64,000 nucleotides of DNA from Candidatus Kapaibacterium sp. (GCA_963664875.1 OY761611.1:2048001-2112000), one strand, 5' to 3'; numbered from the stretch's first letter, positions 9,798-20,495 are shown. The notes: generated by a model from the sequence alone, not told the origin. Program-made: numbers and translations.

Positions 9798-9910
9798 CAA
9801 GTAGCCAAAGCAAAAGGCATAATGCGGCAAGCATTACGCCAAATCGGTCACAAACAATACGAGCTTACTGACCACCTTGGCAATGTGCGTTTAACTTTTG
9901 CAGATTATAG
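9798..9910 (+). repeat. Truncated Rhs-core repeat
   Basis: QVAKAKG..ALRQIGHKQYELTDHLGNVRLTFADY; same leader as copies at 38.9 and 41.5 kb. Confidence 0.88.
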
Positions 9911-9990
9911 ACATGGCTTTTTCCCCAAGACATTTGATACTGCGACAACATCATTTACCTCAATTCCATATTATTTTGTATGTTTGTTGT

Positions 9991-10578
9991 ATGGAACATC
10001 CTTCGCTATATATTATATCAGGTTGCAACGGTGCTGGCAAAACTACTGCTTCTATTACGGTGTTGCCGGAGGTACTACAATGCAATGAATTTGTCAATGC
10101 TGACGAGATTGCCAAAATTATCTCACCTATGGATCCTCATGAGGCTCGCATTGAAGCCGGGCGGATAATGATTGACAAAATCAGCCAAAATCTTAAAGCT
10201 ATGACTACTTTTGCTTTTGAGACGACTCTTGCAACCAAGTGCTTTTCTAATGTTATAAGAGAGGCGCACTCACTTGGCTACCTTGTATCTTTGCTATATT
10301 TCTGGTTAGACTCACCGGAGCTGGCTATTGCAAGAGTAAAACAGCGAGTTGCCTCTGGCGGACATGACATACCGAACGATGTTATAAAAAGAAGATATTA
10401 TGCAGGTATCAAAAATTTGTTTAAATTATATATGCCTATTTGTGATTATTGGATGGTGTTTGATAATTCTTCTTCACATTCTGAGCAGATATGTGAAGGG
10501 CATTTAGCAAACAGACCGTCGATATTTAACGAGAATTTATTTGTCAAACTACGCAGGCTTTGCGAGAATGAAATGTGA
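9991..10578 (+). CDS. Zeta-toxin-like P-loop ATPase/kinase
   Basis: GCNGAGKTT Walker A, FVNADEIA, FETTL, RVASGGHDIP; likely start ATG 9991. Confidence 0.85.
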   Translation: MEHPSLYIISGCNGAGKTTASITVLPEVLQCNEFVNADEIAKIISPMDPHEARIEAGRIMIDKISQNLKAMTTFAFETTLATKCFSNVIREAHSLGYLVSLLYFWLDSPELAIARVKQRVASGGHDIPNDVIKRRYYAGIKNLFKLYMPICDYWMVFDNSSSHSEQICEGHLANRPSIFNENLFVKLRRLCENEM

Positions 10579-10738
10579 TTGTTGTGATTTTCAGGAATTG
10601 AAACGCAAAATACTAAACGGCTTGAAACTATCTCACAAAAAGTTAGTTGAAGAAAAAATTACAACTAATGATAAAATTATAGTTTCCGAAGAAGGCAAAG
10701 TAGTTCACAAAGACCCAAAAACAATCAAAACCTCATAA
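10568..10738 (+). CDS. Small basic protein overlapping the zeta-like gene, possible antitoxin partner
   Basis: ATG 10568 overlaps the upstream stop; KILNGLKLSHKKLVEEK...IIVSEEGKVV. Confidence 0.6.
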   Translation: MKCDCCDFQELKRKILNGLKLSHKKLVEEKITTNDKIIVSEEGKVVHKDPKTIKTS

Positions 10739-10795
10739 CGAGCTTTCTGTCGGCTCAGTTGTTATTTCGACCTGTGTATATCCAAGTTAAGTCAA

Positions 10796-11620
10796 TTAAA
10801 AAAGATCTTCTACTTTGATTTCGAACATAGTATTCCAATATTTGCCTGTGATGTAGAAGGTTTTTGTGGTTTCGTCAAAAGCCACTCCGTTAAATGCCTC
10901 TGCGTCAGGGTTGTCTTTAAGAGTTTTTCTTAGTTCGCTGCAATCTATAATACCCTTCATTTCGTGCGAATTCAAATCAATAACAGCGATTACGTCCGAA
11001 GTATAGATATTAGCAAAGAGCAAATCACCTACTCTCTCTATTTCATTTAGTGCATTAACCGGCGAACCAAGGTAGTAAACAGCAGAAGTGTTTTTTACAG
11101 AAAAATCAGCAGGATTAACATAGCGCAGGTAATTAGAGCCGTCAGTCATAATAAGCGAATTGTCTTTAGCAAGGGTCAATCCCCAGCCTTCTCCGGGATA
11201 GGAATATTCTCTTTTCAGATTAAAACTATGCAAATCGAACACAAAACACTTTCCTTCTGTCCAAGTCAGCATAAAGATTTCGTTATTGAGTAAAGATATA
11301 CCTTCGCCAAAGTATTTGGCGTCTAATTCTTTTTTTTGCAGAACTTTGCCTGTTTCTTTGTCAACCTTTCTTAGCGAAGATTCCCCACGCTGACCTGTGG
11401 ATTCATATAAAAAACCATCATGCACAAAAAGCCCTTGAGTGTAAGCCATAGGGTCATGATGGAAAGAGCGAATAATCTCAAACTCGTATCTTTTAAGTTC
11501 CTGAGTTACTTCTTTTTTAGAATTATTTTGTGCGGAGCTGCTGTTTGTCATTTTGGACTCTGTTTTATTGGCACAAGCTGCAAAACAAGCACATAAACAT
11601 AGAATAAGAATATATTTCAT
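10796..11620 (-). CDS. Glutaminyl-peptide cyclotransferase (lipoprotein)
   Basis: YTQGL, ESTG, YFGEGI, LTW, GEGWGL, LNEIE, NGVA, TGKYW; lipobox FAAC. Confidence 0.92.
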   Translation of the reverse strand: MKYILILCLCACFAACANKTESKMTNSSSAQNNSKKEVTQELKRYEFEIIRSFHHDPMAYTQGLFVHDGFLYESTGQRGESSLRKVDKETGKVLQKKELDAKYFGEGISLLNNEIFMLTWTEGKCFVFDLHSFNLKREYSYPGEGWGLTLAKDNSLIMTDGSNYLRYVNPADFSVKNTSAVYYLGSPVNALNEIERVGDLLFANIYTSDVIAVIDLNSHEMKGIIDCSELRKTLKDNPDAEAFNGVAFDETTKTFYITGKYWNTMFEIKVEDLF

Positions 11621-11922
11621 GATAGCCGGAAGCCATTATTAAATAAAACAAATTTATATCAAATATTCCACAGATAAAAGATATTTTACAAGTATAGGCT
11701 GTAAAAGAATATCGAGTTTGCAAATTCACTTCAGATTATAGAAAGTAGTCAAACTTTTCAGATATTTGTTTAGTCAATTTCGGAAGTCAGAAATAATTTC
11801 TCCAAAAAATGAAATTTGCTAAATATTATTGTGATTATGCCGTTTCTTAAAATAGTTGCTTGATATTACTATAATTTTTACTATATTTATTACGATTTTT
11901 TAAAATATATGATATAAAGACT

Positions 11923-12957
11923 ATGGCTGTTATGTACAAGATACTTGTGGTAGAGGATGAGCTTACCAATGCGATACTTCTAAAAAGAATATTGTCAAAA
12001 GCCAATTATTCTGTGGTAGTAGCAAATAACGGACAAGAGGCGATAGATCATCTCGGTAGAGAAAAATTTGACGCAGTATTGACCGACTGGATGATGCCGA
12101 AAATGGACGGCATTGAGTTAATTCGCCAAATGCGCGAAAAGATGGAGCAACTGCCTTACATTATTATGATTACTGCTCTGGTGTCCGAAGGTGCCCGCAC
12201 CTATGCTTTAGAATCAGGAGCAGATGATTACATCGCTAAACCAATTGATGTGCAGGAATTACTAACAAGACTGGAAGATGGACTTGCAAAGAATATGCAG
12301 GCTGCTCCTAAGCAAGCAGATACAACTGTTACACTTGACACAGACACACTGCCTCCTTTTGTCGGGGTTGTGATTGGAACATCTACGGGTGGGCCTCCTA
12401 CTTTGATAGAGCTATTCAAACACGTAGAAGCTAATACTAATGCTGCCTTTTTTATAGTGCAGCATGGTCCTGCGTGGATGCTAGAAACATTTTCGCAAAG
12501 ACTGCAAAAAGAGACTTCATTGCAGGTAAGGCTTGCCACTCACAATCAGGAAGCAGAAAAAGGGCATATCTACATTGCACCCGGTGATAAGCACATGAGA
12601 ATTGAAGCAAATACATTTAGAATCAAACTTGATGACGGCCCTAAAGAAAACTTCGTTCGCCCTGCTGCTGATGCTTTATTTAGAAGTGCAGCAAGTGCTT
12701 TCGGAAAATACACTGTTGCCGTAGTACTAACAGGTCTTGGTAGGGACGCCGCACAGGGAGCATCTCAAATTTCTTCGGTCAAAGGCACCATAATAGTACA
12801 AGATCCAACTACAGCAGTGGCACCTTCGATGCCGAATACTGTTATCGAATCCGGTGTGCCTCACCGCTTAGTAACTTTGAACGAATTAGGTAAAGCAGTT
12901 TCTGAAGCAGTATTCCCAATATCTGCTTCACTAAAAAAAGCAAAAGCAGGAAAATAA
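11923..12957 (+). CDS. cheB: REC + CheB methylesterase protein
   Basis: N-terminal receiver (DWMMPKMDG); CheB motifs GTSTGGP, VQH, RPAAD, LTGLGRD, SMP. Confidence 0.8.
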   Translation: MAVMYKILVVEDELTNAILLKRILSKANYSVVVANNGQEAIDHLGREKFDAVLTDWMMPKMDGIELIRQMREKMEQLPYIIMITALVSEGARTYALESGADDYIAKPIDVQELLTRLEDGLAKNMQAAPKQADTTVTLDTDTLPPFVGVVIGTSTGGPPTLIELFKHVEANTNAAFFIVQHGPAWMLETFSQRLQKETSLQVRLATHNQEAEKGHIYIAPGDKHMRIEANTFRIKLDDGPKENFVRPAADALFRSAASAFGKYTVAVVLTGLGRDAAQGASQISSVKGTIIVQDPTTAVAPSMPNTVIESGVPHRLVTLNELGKAVSEAVFPISASLKKAKAGK

Positions 12958-12984
12958 AGTTTTATTTACTTTGATTATTATTTA

Positions 12985-13028
12985 TAAAACCGAGCAGAAC
13001 AGATTGTAATTATGCTCGGTTTTTTTTT
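12985..13028 (+). terminator. Intrinsic terminator
   Basis: AAAACCGAGCA...TGCTCGGTTTT followed by a T run. Confidence 0.75.
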
Positions 13029-13141
13029 CGTAATTCAGAACATTTAGCTTACAGTACAACAGCTTTTCTCAATCTCCATTCTTTTGGAAATGCCGAATAA
13101 ATAGTTATATTGCATATAATATTTAGATGTGACTAAATCAA

Positions 13142-14470
13142 GTGATTGATATGACTACTTTATTTTTAGAGATATGGAGACTTTTTCTTGAAATGTCTCC
13201 TTATATGCTTTTTGGATTGTTTTTTGTGGGCATACTGCACCTTTACTTTACTAAAGATTTTGTGCTTAAGCATGTTGGTGATAGCAGTATAAAGTCAGTT
13301 TTCAAAGCAGCACTCTTTGGCATACCACTGCCTCTATGTTCTTGTGGGGTAATTCCTACTGCTGTTTACATGAAAAAAAACGGTGCTTCGAGTGCTTCTA
13401 CAAGTTCCTTTTTGATTTCTACTCCTCAGACAGGTATAGACTCCATAGTAGCAACCTATGGAATGATGGGAGGAATTTTTGCAATTTTCAGACCTTTTGC
13501 AGCTCTGATTATGGGTATAGTTGGTGGCGGTATTGTCTCTTTGTTTGACAAACCTGTAATAAAAACAGAGCAAACACCCCGGCAGAACAAAAATATGTTT
13601 ACTATTATCGGACAGACAGCGACTACTCAAACCAATTCACAAGATACCTGCGAAGACGGCACATGTGACTGTAGTAGCGAAAGCGACAGTGTTCCGACTT
13701 CAAAATTTGCTAAATTTGGCAAGTACGCTTTTATAGATTTTTTAGATGATATTTCTGTCCAATTTATTATTGGGGTGATCATCTCGGGTCTCATCTCTTA
13801 TTTTATACCGGATAATTTTTTTGACAGCGAAACTCTCAACAGCGGCATTGTAGGAATGTTGCTAATGATACTTGTTGGCATTCCTATGTATATATGTGCT
13901 ACAGCATCTATACCAATTGCAGTCGCTTTAATGATGAAAGGTTTTTCTCCGGGTGTAGCTTTTGTTTTCCTTGCAGTCGGACCTGCAACTAATGCTGCAA
14001 GTTTGACTATATTACTGAATACACTCGGTAAAAAAATAGTCTCAGTATATCTTGCCACTCTTATTATTATGTCCATAATTATGGGATATTTGCTTGATTT
14101 TATATTTAGCTTCTCGGGAAGCTCTCCTGAAATGATAGCAATGCACCACACTCATGATTTGCTTAGCGATAACTGGAAGCTTATTTCAGGCATCGTTTTT
14201 GGCGTGCTTCTACTTCTTTCTGTTTATAGAAAATATATCGGTGTGCATCTCAGGAAAGAGAAACCGATTGCAGATTTGGAACTAACTGTTACCGGTATGT
14301 CCTGTAATCATTGCAAAAACAATGTAGAATCTGCACTTAAGCAGCTAAAAGGTGTAGAAAGTGTATCTGTAAATCTATCGAATCAAAAAGTTATAATCAA
14401 AGGCAATACAGACAGAGCTTTAGTTATTAAGACTATAGAGAAAGTCGGTTATAAAGTGATACAAAAATGA
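13142..14470 (+). CDS. Heavy-metal permease (ArsP/SO_0444 type) with C-terminal HMA domain
   Basis: PLPLCSCGVIP, STPQTG, PMYICATAS, GPATN motifs; C-terminal GMSCNHC. Confidence 0.9.
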   Translation: MIDMTTLFLEIWRLFLEMSPYMLFGLFFVGILHLYFTKDFVLKHVGDSSIKSVFKAALFGIPLPLCSCGVIPTAVYMKKNGASSASTSSFLISTPQTGIDSIVATYGMMGGIFAIFRPFAALIMGIVGGGIVSLFDKPVIKTEQTPRQNKNMFTIIGQTATTQTNSQDTCEDGTCDCSSESDSVPTSKFAKFGKYAFIDFLDDISVQFIIGVIISGLISYFIPDNFFDSETLNSGIVGMLLMILVGIPMYICATASIPIAVALMMKGFSPGVAFVFLAVGPATNAASLTILLNTLGKKIVSVYLATLIIMSIIMGYLLDFIFSFSGSSPEMIAMHHTHDLLSDNWKLISGIVFGVLLLLSVYRKYIGVHLRKEKPIADLELTVTGMSCNHCKNNVESALKQLKGVESVSVNLSNQKVIIKGNTDRALVIKTIEKVGYKVIQK

Positions 14471-14733
14471 CGCAAATTAAGTTTTCTTCTATAGGTTGTT
14501 TATCGAGCATCTTAAAGTATTTCAATATTAGTCTGCTTAAAGGCAATTAGGGATTGAGAGATAAATCCAATCATAAAACTTTTATTAAATCTATTGCAAA
14601 TTCTACTCGATTTTTGCAGTTCATAATACTTAACTGTTTTATTTGCAAATATATGCTTATCTTTATATAGTTTACACATAGTGAATGTTATGTTAACTTG
14701 AAAGATTGTTAAATTATATAATAGTGATTTGCC

Positions 14734-16242
14734 ATGTCCCAAAAGCCGTTAAGACTTTTTTTGAATGGTGTAGAAAAAGTGGGGAATATGCTTCCACATC
14801 CTGCCACCTTGTTTGGTGTTTTTGCACTTTCTGTAGTTATTTTATCAGGAGTTTTTGCTTACTTTGGTCTCCAGGCAACTGATCCTGTAACCGGTGAGGT
14901 TTACAATGCAATCAATCTGATGAATAAGGAAGGCTTGCATAATATCTTATTAAAAATGGTAACTAATTTTACCTCATTTGCTCCATTAGGTATAGTAATT
15001 GTAGCCATGTTAGGTATTGGCTTAGCTGATGATTCAGGTTTGATAGCCGTACTTATCAGAGGTTTAGTTATCTATTCACCAATGAAACTACTGACCTTTA
15101 TCATAGTATTTGCCGGAATCATGTCTAATTTAGCATCGAGTGTCGGTTATGTGTTGCTTGTGCCTCTGGCAGGTACAATCTTTATGGCAGTCGGTAGGCA
15201 TCCGATAGCCGGTATGGCAGCAGGTTTCGCAGGTGTTTCGGGAGGATACTCTGCTAATCTCATATTAGGTACAATCGATCCATTACTTGCAGGGCTTTCG
15301 CAGGAAGCTGCAAGAATCGTAGATCCTTCGTATGTGGTTAACCCCACTTCCAATTATTACTTCATGGTAGCTTCAACATTCCTTGTTGCTCTCATCGGAA
15401 CATGGGTAACAGAAAAGATTGTTGTCCCTCGCCTTGGTAAATTTAATACAGATGGTCATGAGCAGGAAAAAATAGAACATCTGACTACACAGGAGAAAAA
15501 GGGACTTCTCCGTTGTGCTATTCTGTTTTTTGCCTTTGTGCTTTTGATTGCAATAGGTATAGTTCCTGAACATGGCATTCTGCGTGGAATGGATGGCAGT
15601 ATTTTGTCTTCTCCGTTGTTGGAAGGAGTTGTAGCGGTGTTGTTTGTAGTAGCAGGTCTAATGGGTATTATTTACGGTTTTAGCATTGGCAAATACAAAA
15701 ACGACAGCGATATTATGAAGGGAATGACTGACTCTATGAAATCACTTGGAGCTTACCTTGTCCTAGTGTTTTTCGCAGCTCAGTTTGTTCAATATTTCAA
15801 CTGGAGCAATCTCGGAATAATTATAGCTATTAAAGGTGCAAATTTCATACAAAGCATGGATTTGGGATTGTTCCCGTTAGTAATTATGTTCTTGCTGTTT
15901 TCGAGCATGATTAATTTGGTTATGGGCAGTGCTTCTGCAAAGTGGGCTTTGTTAGCTCCTATTTTTGTACCTATGTTTATGTACTTGGGGTACACACCTG
16001 AGCTCACTCAGGTAGTTTATAGGATAGGTGACAGCACGACTAATATTATCAGTCCAATGATGAGCTTTTTCGCTTTGATTATAGTATATTTTCAGAAGTA
16101 TGATAAAAATGCCGGAATAGGAACCTTGGTAGCCACAATGCTTCCCTACACTATGATGTTCCTAATAGGCTGGGGCATATTTTTGCTGCTGTGGTTGTGG
16201 CTTGGCATTCCTTTAGGCCCGGGAGCCGGAGTACATCTATAA
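14734..16242 (+). CDS. abgT: AbgT-family transporter
   Basis: EKVGNMLPHP, NFTSFAPLG, GRHPIAG, GSASAKW, RIGDSTTN, C-terminal PLGPG. Confidence 0.92.
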   Translation: MSQKPLRLFLNGVEKVGNMLPHPATLFGVFALSVVILSGVFAYFGLQATDPVTGEVYNAINLMNKEGLHNILLKMVTNFTSFAPLGIVIVAMLGIGLADDSGLIAVLIRGLVIYSPMKLLTFIIVFAGIMSNLASSVGYVLLVPLAGTIFMAVGRHPIAGMAAGFAGVSGGYSANLILGTIDPLLAGLSQEAARIVDPSYVVNPTSNYYFMVASTFLVALIGTWVTEKIVVPRLGKFNTDGHEQEKIEHLTTQEKKGLLRCAILFFAFVLLIAIGIVPEHGILRGMDGSILSSPLLEGVVAVLFVVAGLMGIIYGFSIGKYKNDSDIMKGMTDSMKSLGAYLVLVFFAAQFVQYFNWSNLGIIIAIKGANFIQSMDLGLFPLVIMFLLFSSMINLVMGSASAKWALLAPIFVPMFMYLGYTPELTQVVYRIGDSTTNIISPMMSFFALIIVYFQKYDKNAGIGTLVATMLPYTMMFLIGWGIFLLLWLWLGIPLGPGAGVHL

Positions 16243-16280
16243 GCATATTCCCATAGCATAATTGGATTTGAATAATATAA

Positions 16281-17159
16281 TTACTCTTCACTGCTATTAA
16301 AAATATAACGACTGAGCTCGGCTGAAAGCAATAATATCAGTGAGGAGTAATAAATCCATAATGCAAACGACACAATGATTGCATAAGTTCCGTAAAATCT
16401 ACCATAATTACTAACGCTGCTGATGTACCATGCAAAAATATTTCTACCCAATTCGATACTGACAACACTGATTCCGGTAGCAAGCAGTCTGACTTTGCGG
16501 GGAAGTTTCCTATTCGGGACTGACCTTAGGATAAAATAGAAAAGCATAGCAGTAGATAGAAGCGGTACGAATATTTTTAACAAGTCAGAAAGTGCTAAGT
16601 CTATATACACAGAAAGATTATTAATATTGGTTTCAAGTATTTCGATTGCAATAAGAACAATCGGCACAACATAAGAATAAACCAAGATCAGCACAGTCAA
16701 TATTACAGTCAAAAGTATATCCTTCACTCTGTAGAAAAAATAAACTCTTGGCGAAGGAATTTCAAAAACAGCATTCAAGCCTGTCCTGAGAGAACTTATT
16801 AAAGTAGAAGAAATCCACAGCAAAGCTGCAAACCCTATGTACCCAAATACGGAACTGTATTCGATGATATTATTGACTTCAATTATTACTTCATGCAGGA
16901 TAGTTTCTGTTGAGGCTGTAGGAGGCAATAGCTCCTTGAGTAGAGCTGTAAGAGTTGTCTGAAAGTTTGCCGGTTCCACAAATAGGTTAACTATATACAA
17001 AACAACAAGAAAAAGCGGTATCAGATAAAGCAAAATATTAAATGCAATCCCACCTGCAATCATAAATAAGTGATGCGACTCCACTCTATCGACAAAAGTA
17101 TCAATATACTTATAAATTTTGCTGGTTTTCGGATGCCGCTCTAAAAATTTATCTATCAT
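16281..17159 (-). CDS. YihY/BrkB family membrane protein
   Basis: AGGIAF..L.PL, six TM helices, YGRFYG, WIYYSSLILLLSAE. Confidence 0.88.
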   Translation of the reverse strand: MIDKFLERHPKTSKIYKYIDTFVDRVESHHLFMIAGGIAFNILLYLIPLFLVVLYIVNLFVEPANFQTTLTALLKELLPPTASTETILHEVIIEVNNIIEYSSVFGYIGFAALLWISSTLISSLRTGLNAVFEIPSPRVYFFYRVKDILLTVILTVLILVYSYVVPIVLIAIEILETNINNLSVYIDLALSDLLKIFVPLLSTAMLFYFILRSVPNRKLPRKVRLLATGISVVSIELGRNIFAWYISSVSNYGRFYGTYAIIVSFALWIYYSSLILLLSAELSRYIFNSSEE

Positions 17160-17251
17160 TATCTTTTTTGCTTACTGAAACTTACGCTTTGTTTTGGTAT
17201 ATTTGAAAAATACGCAATTTGAATAAGAAATAATATACAATTTTTACCAAA

Positions 17252-18931
17252 ATGAACTATAAAAATCTCATAGCTATACTATCTGCATCGTTTATTATTT
17301 TTGCTTGTGCTAATATTAAAGATCCTTCAGGCGGGCCGGGAATAGTTGCACCACCGGTGATAGAAGAGTATTCTCCTGCAATGAATACTATCAACTTTAG
17401 CGGTGATGCAATCGAACTGGAATTTAGCGAATACATGAAGAAATCTGACGTGCAAGAGAATGTATTCATTAATCCTGCTGCGAAAATGGCTTTCGATTGG
17501 AGCGGCACAAGTTTGACGGTTGAGTTTCCTGACGGCTTAGATTCCAATACTACTTATTCATTTCAGCTTGGTACGAGCTACACTGACCACTATGGAAACA
17601 AGCCTTCTCAATCATTTTCACTTGTTTTTTCAACAGGGAGCGTATTAGATTCAGGAAAAATTGTTGGAAGACTCTTCGACAGCAAACCCGAAGGTAATTT
17701 TATCTATGCCTATAATCTTGGAGAATATGCAGAAGACACTTTGGATATTCGGGCAATTAAGCCTAAATACCGTACTCAGCTTGGCACAAACGGGAATTTC
17801 AAATTGAATGCATTGAAACCGGGCAGATATAGGCTATTTGTTGTCTCTGATGAATTTAAGGATAACAAATATACGGAAGGTATAGATAAATATTCTTCAG
17901 CTCCTGCTGATGTTGAAGAAAGAGATTCTATAGTACCGTTTGTTTCATTAAGAATCGGGAATGCTATAGACCTAACTCCCCCTGCTTTGCTGGATGCTGA
18001 GGCTGTACACGAAAAAATGTTTGTTGCTCGATTTAGCGAGACTATCGACACTTCTAATCTATCTCCGGATTCGTTCATAATCAGAAATGAGAATAATGAC
18101 TTTAGGAAAATTACAGGTATAATTGCCTCGCAAGAAGATGCAAGCAAGTGGTATTTGAGGATTGATATGCCAATAGATACTAATACTACATGGAATTTAT
18201 ACGCTAATAATGGATCAATTCTTAAGGATTCCACCGGAAACAATATGCAGGATAGTTCTGCTTTTTGTAGGCTTTTTGCCTCCGAACAGCCCGATACAAA
18301 CAATATTATTCTAAGAGCATTTAATTTGAAAGACTCTACTGAAAATATACTTATGACCCATTATCCGACTTTGAGCATGAGTGATGTTTTTTCTGTTTTG
18401 GACTCTTCGGCTATCGAATTTATCAGAATGGAAGATGCCACGGCTATTAATTTTACGCCCACTATTAAAGGAGCGGATTTAATAATTATTCCGGGGGCTG
18501 ACTACCTAAGCAATAAGTGGTATAAACTCAAGATAGATTTGAATAAAATATTGTGCCTCAATGGCACCAAACCAAAAGATACTGTGATTACAGTTCGATA
18601 TAAAACAGAAGATGTGAGAAATTATGTAAAGTGTTCCGGAAAAGTCAATCTACTTCCTGAGACAGATAGACTTGTAGTTGTTATGAAAGACTCCAAAGGT
18701 CTCAGCTATTACTCAACTGTTTGTGCTGACAGCACTTGGGAAGTAGAAAATCTAAGTGAGGGTGAATACTCATTTGAGGCATTTATTGACGCTAACGGAA
18801 ACGGACAGTATGACTATGGCACAGCTTTTCCATTTAGCTTTTCTGAGAAATTCTATTTGATAAATAAGAAAGTTACCCTCAAAAAAAGATGGGATACAGA
18901 AGACGTAATGTTGATTTTAGAAGAAATGTAA
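17252..18931 (+). CDS. Ig-like (Big_5-type) domain lipoprotein
   Basis: FACAN..PSGGP start, F.E/NTTY/FSTG motifs, C-terminal DANGNGQYD. Confidence 0.8.
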   Translation: MNYKNLIAILSASFIIFACANIKDPSGGPGIVAPPVIEEYSPAMNTINFSGDAIELEFSEYMKKSDVQENVFINPAAKMAFDWSGTSLTVEFPDGLDSNTTYSFQLGTSYTDHYGNKPSQSFSLVFSTGSVLDSGKIVGRLFDSKPEGNFIYAYNLGEYAEDTLDIRAIKPKYRTQLGTNGNFKLNALKPGRYRLFVVSDEFKDNKYTEGIDKYSSAPADVEERDSIVPFVSLRIGNAIDLTPPALLDAEAVHEKMFVARFSETIDTSNLSPDSFIIRNENNDFRKITGIIASQEDASKWYLRIDMPIDTNTTWNLYANNGSILKDSTGNNMQDSSAFCRLFASEQPDTNNIILRAFNLKDSTENILMTHYPTLSMSDVFSVLDSSAIEFIRMEDATAINFTPTIKGADLIIIPGADYLSNKWYKLKIDLNKILCLNGTKPKDTVITVRYKTEDVRNYVKCSGKVNLLPETDRLVVVMKDSKGLSYYSTVCADSTWEVENLSEGEYSFEAFIDANGNGQYDYGTAFPFSFSEKFYLINKKVTLKKRWDTEDVMLILEEM

Positions 18932-18938
18932 AAATCAA

Positions 18939-19532
18939 TTATGGAAGAAATTTACAATCTGCTACGAGTGCCTTTTTCAAGCGGTTCATGTAGTCGCTTC
19001 TTGTAATTTCTATAGCCCCGAGACTATAAGTGTGATGATTGATATATTGAGAATCAAGCAGCTTGAATTTATTTTTTCGCAAAATTCTAATTAGCTCATA
19101 GAAAGCAGCTTTTGAAGTGTTAGTTTCATAGTTAAACATAGATTCCCCAAAGAAAGCACCTCCGATGCAAACACCATACAAACCGCCAAGTAGCTTGCCG
19201 TTTTCCCATGTCTCTACAGAGTGAGATAATCCAAGTCGATTGAGCTCGCAAAAGGAATCAATGATTTCGTCATTTATCCAAGTTTCATCTCGTTCTGCAC
19301 AAGCTCTGATTACTTCTTCGAAAGAATAATTTATTCTGTATTCGAAATTCCGCTTAGAGATAAACTGTTTCATGGAACGGGACATTTCTGCAGTATCAAT
19401 AGGGATAACTGCCCGAGGGTCGGGGGAATGCCAATAAATCTCCCCATAGCGAGATTCCGCCATAGGGAAAAAGCCCTCTTTATAAGCATGTATCAATATT
19501 TCCGGTCCGAAGTATTCTCTACTCACAGTCAA
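18939..19532 (-). CDS. aat: Leucyl/phenylalanyl-tRNA--protein transferase
   Basis: AY..GFFPM, SPDPRAVI, TWI, HSVE, GGLYG, FFGESMF, SKAA. Confidence 0.95.
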   Translation of the reverse strand: MTVSREYFGPEILIHAYKEGFFPMAESRYGEIYWHSPDPRAVIPIDTAEMSRSMKQFISKRNFEYRINYSFEEVIRACAERDETWINDEIIDSFCELNRLGLSHSVETWENGKLLGGLYGVCIGGAFFGESMFNYETNTSKAAFYELIRILRKNKFKLLDSQYINHHTYSLGAIEITRSDYMNRLKKALVADCKFLP

Positions 19533-19568
19533 CTATCCCGAATCACAAATCTACAAAATTGCAATATA

Positions 19569-19596
19569 AAAAAAAGGTCGGCATATACCGACCTTT
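19569..19596 (-). terminator. Intrinsic terminator of the transaldolase gene
   Basis: AAAGGTCGG..CCGACCTTT with an A run on its left side. Confidence 0.75.
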
Positions 19597-19613
19597 ACTT
19601 AAGTAAAAATTGG

Positions 19614-20288
19614 TTACACATTCATAACTTTCTGACGTTCGGTCTGCATTTTGTCGTAATCGTTCAAAAATTGTTGCAATCCTGTGTCAGTTAGCGGATG
19701 TTTTAGAGACTGCATAAGTACATTATAAGGCACAGTTGCAATATCAGCACCGGCTTTTGCAGCATCAATCATGTGCATTGGGTGCCTTATAGAAGCAGCA
19801 ATAATTTGAGAAGAAATACCGTGAACATTCCAGATTTCACAAACTTCTTCGATTACCTGTTTACTGCTGATTGCTATGTCGTCTAATCTACCCATAAATA
19901 CAGATACATAAGTTGCACCTGCATTTGCAGCAGCCAAAGCTTGAGTGGCATTAAATATCAAAGTTACATTTGTAGGAATATCTCTTTTAGATAATTCTTT
20001 AACTGCAGCAAGGCCGTTTGGAATGATAGGAATTTTGATGGTAGCATCAGGGAACCAAGATAGTATTTCATCTGCTTCTCTTAGCATTCCATCAGTTTCA
20101 GTAGAAATCACTTCAACAGATAAGTGCCCACCAACAAGCTCGTGTATTTCCAAAATTCTTTTTTTGATATCAACATTAGGGTCTTCTTTTGCCAGCAAGG
20201 ACGGGTTAGTAGTAACCCCTGAAATAAAGCCTAAACGGGCAGCTTCTCTAATGTGCTGTATATTGGCGGTATCTACATACAATTCCAT
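19614..20288 (-). CDS. tal: Transaldolase / fructose-6-phosphate aldolase family
   Basis: VDTA, GVTTNPSL, IKIP Schiff-base Lys, NVTL, GRLDD, AASIR, HPLTD. Confidence 0.92.
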   Translation of the reverse strand: MELYVDTANIQHIREAARLGFISGVTTNPSLLAKEDPNVDIKKRILEIHELVGGHLSVEVISTETDGMLREADEILSWFPDATIKIPIIPNGLAAVKELSKRDIPTNVTLIFNATQALAAANAGATYVSVFMGRLDDIAISSKQVIEEVCEIWNVHGISSQIIAASIRHPMHMIDAAKAGADIATVPYNVLMQSLKHPLTDTGLQQFLNDYDKMQTERQKVMNV

Positions 20289-20495
20289 AATTTACTCCGG
20301 TTTTTAGTTATTAGGACTAAAACAAATTTACGGCTTTATTAGCTTTTTCCCTAATCCTTTTGGCATTTTTTATATATCAGAAAAAAGGGACTTGGATAGA
20401 TTGAAGAGCAAGATTAGACTCCGCATAAAATAAAGACAATATTTCGTGTATGTTATTTTAGAGAGTGAATCTGATAGGCATTTGGATATAATAAA

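Noticed and set aside
9898-9990. N-terminal extension fusing Rhs to the zeta-like ATPase
   Set aside because: Different frame from the Rhs repeat; the family start fits ATG 9991.
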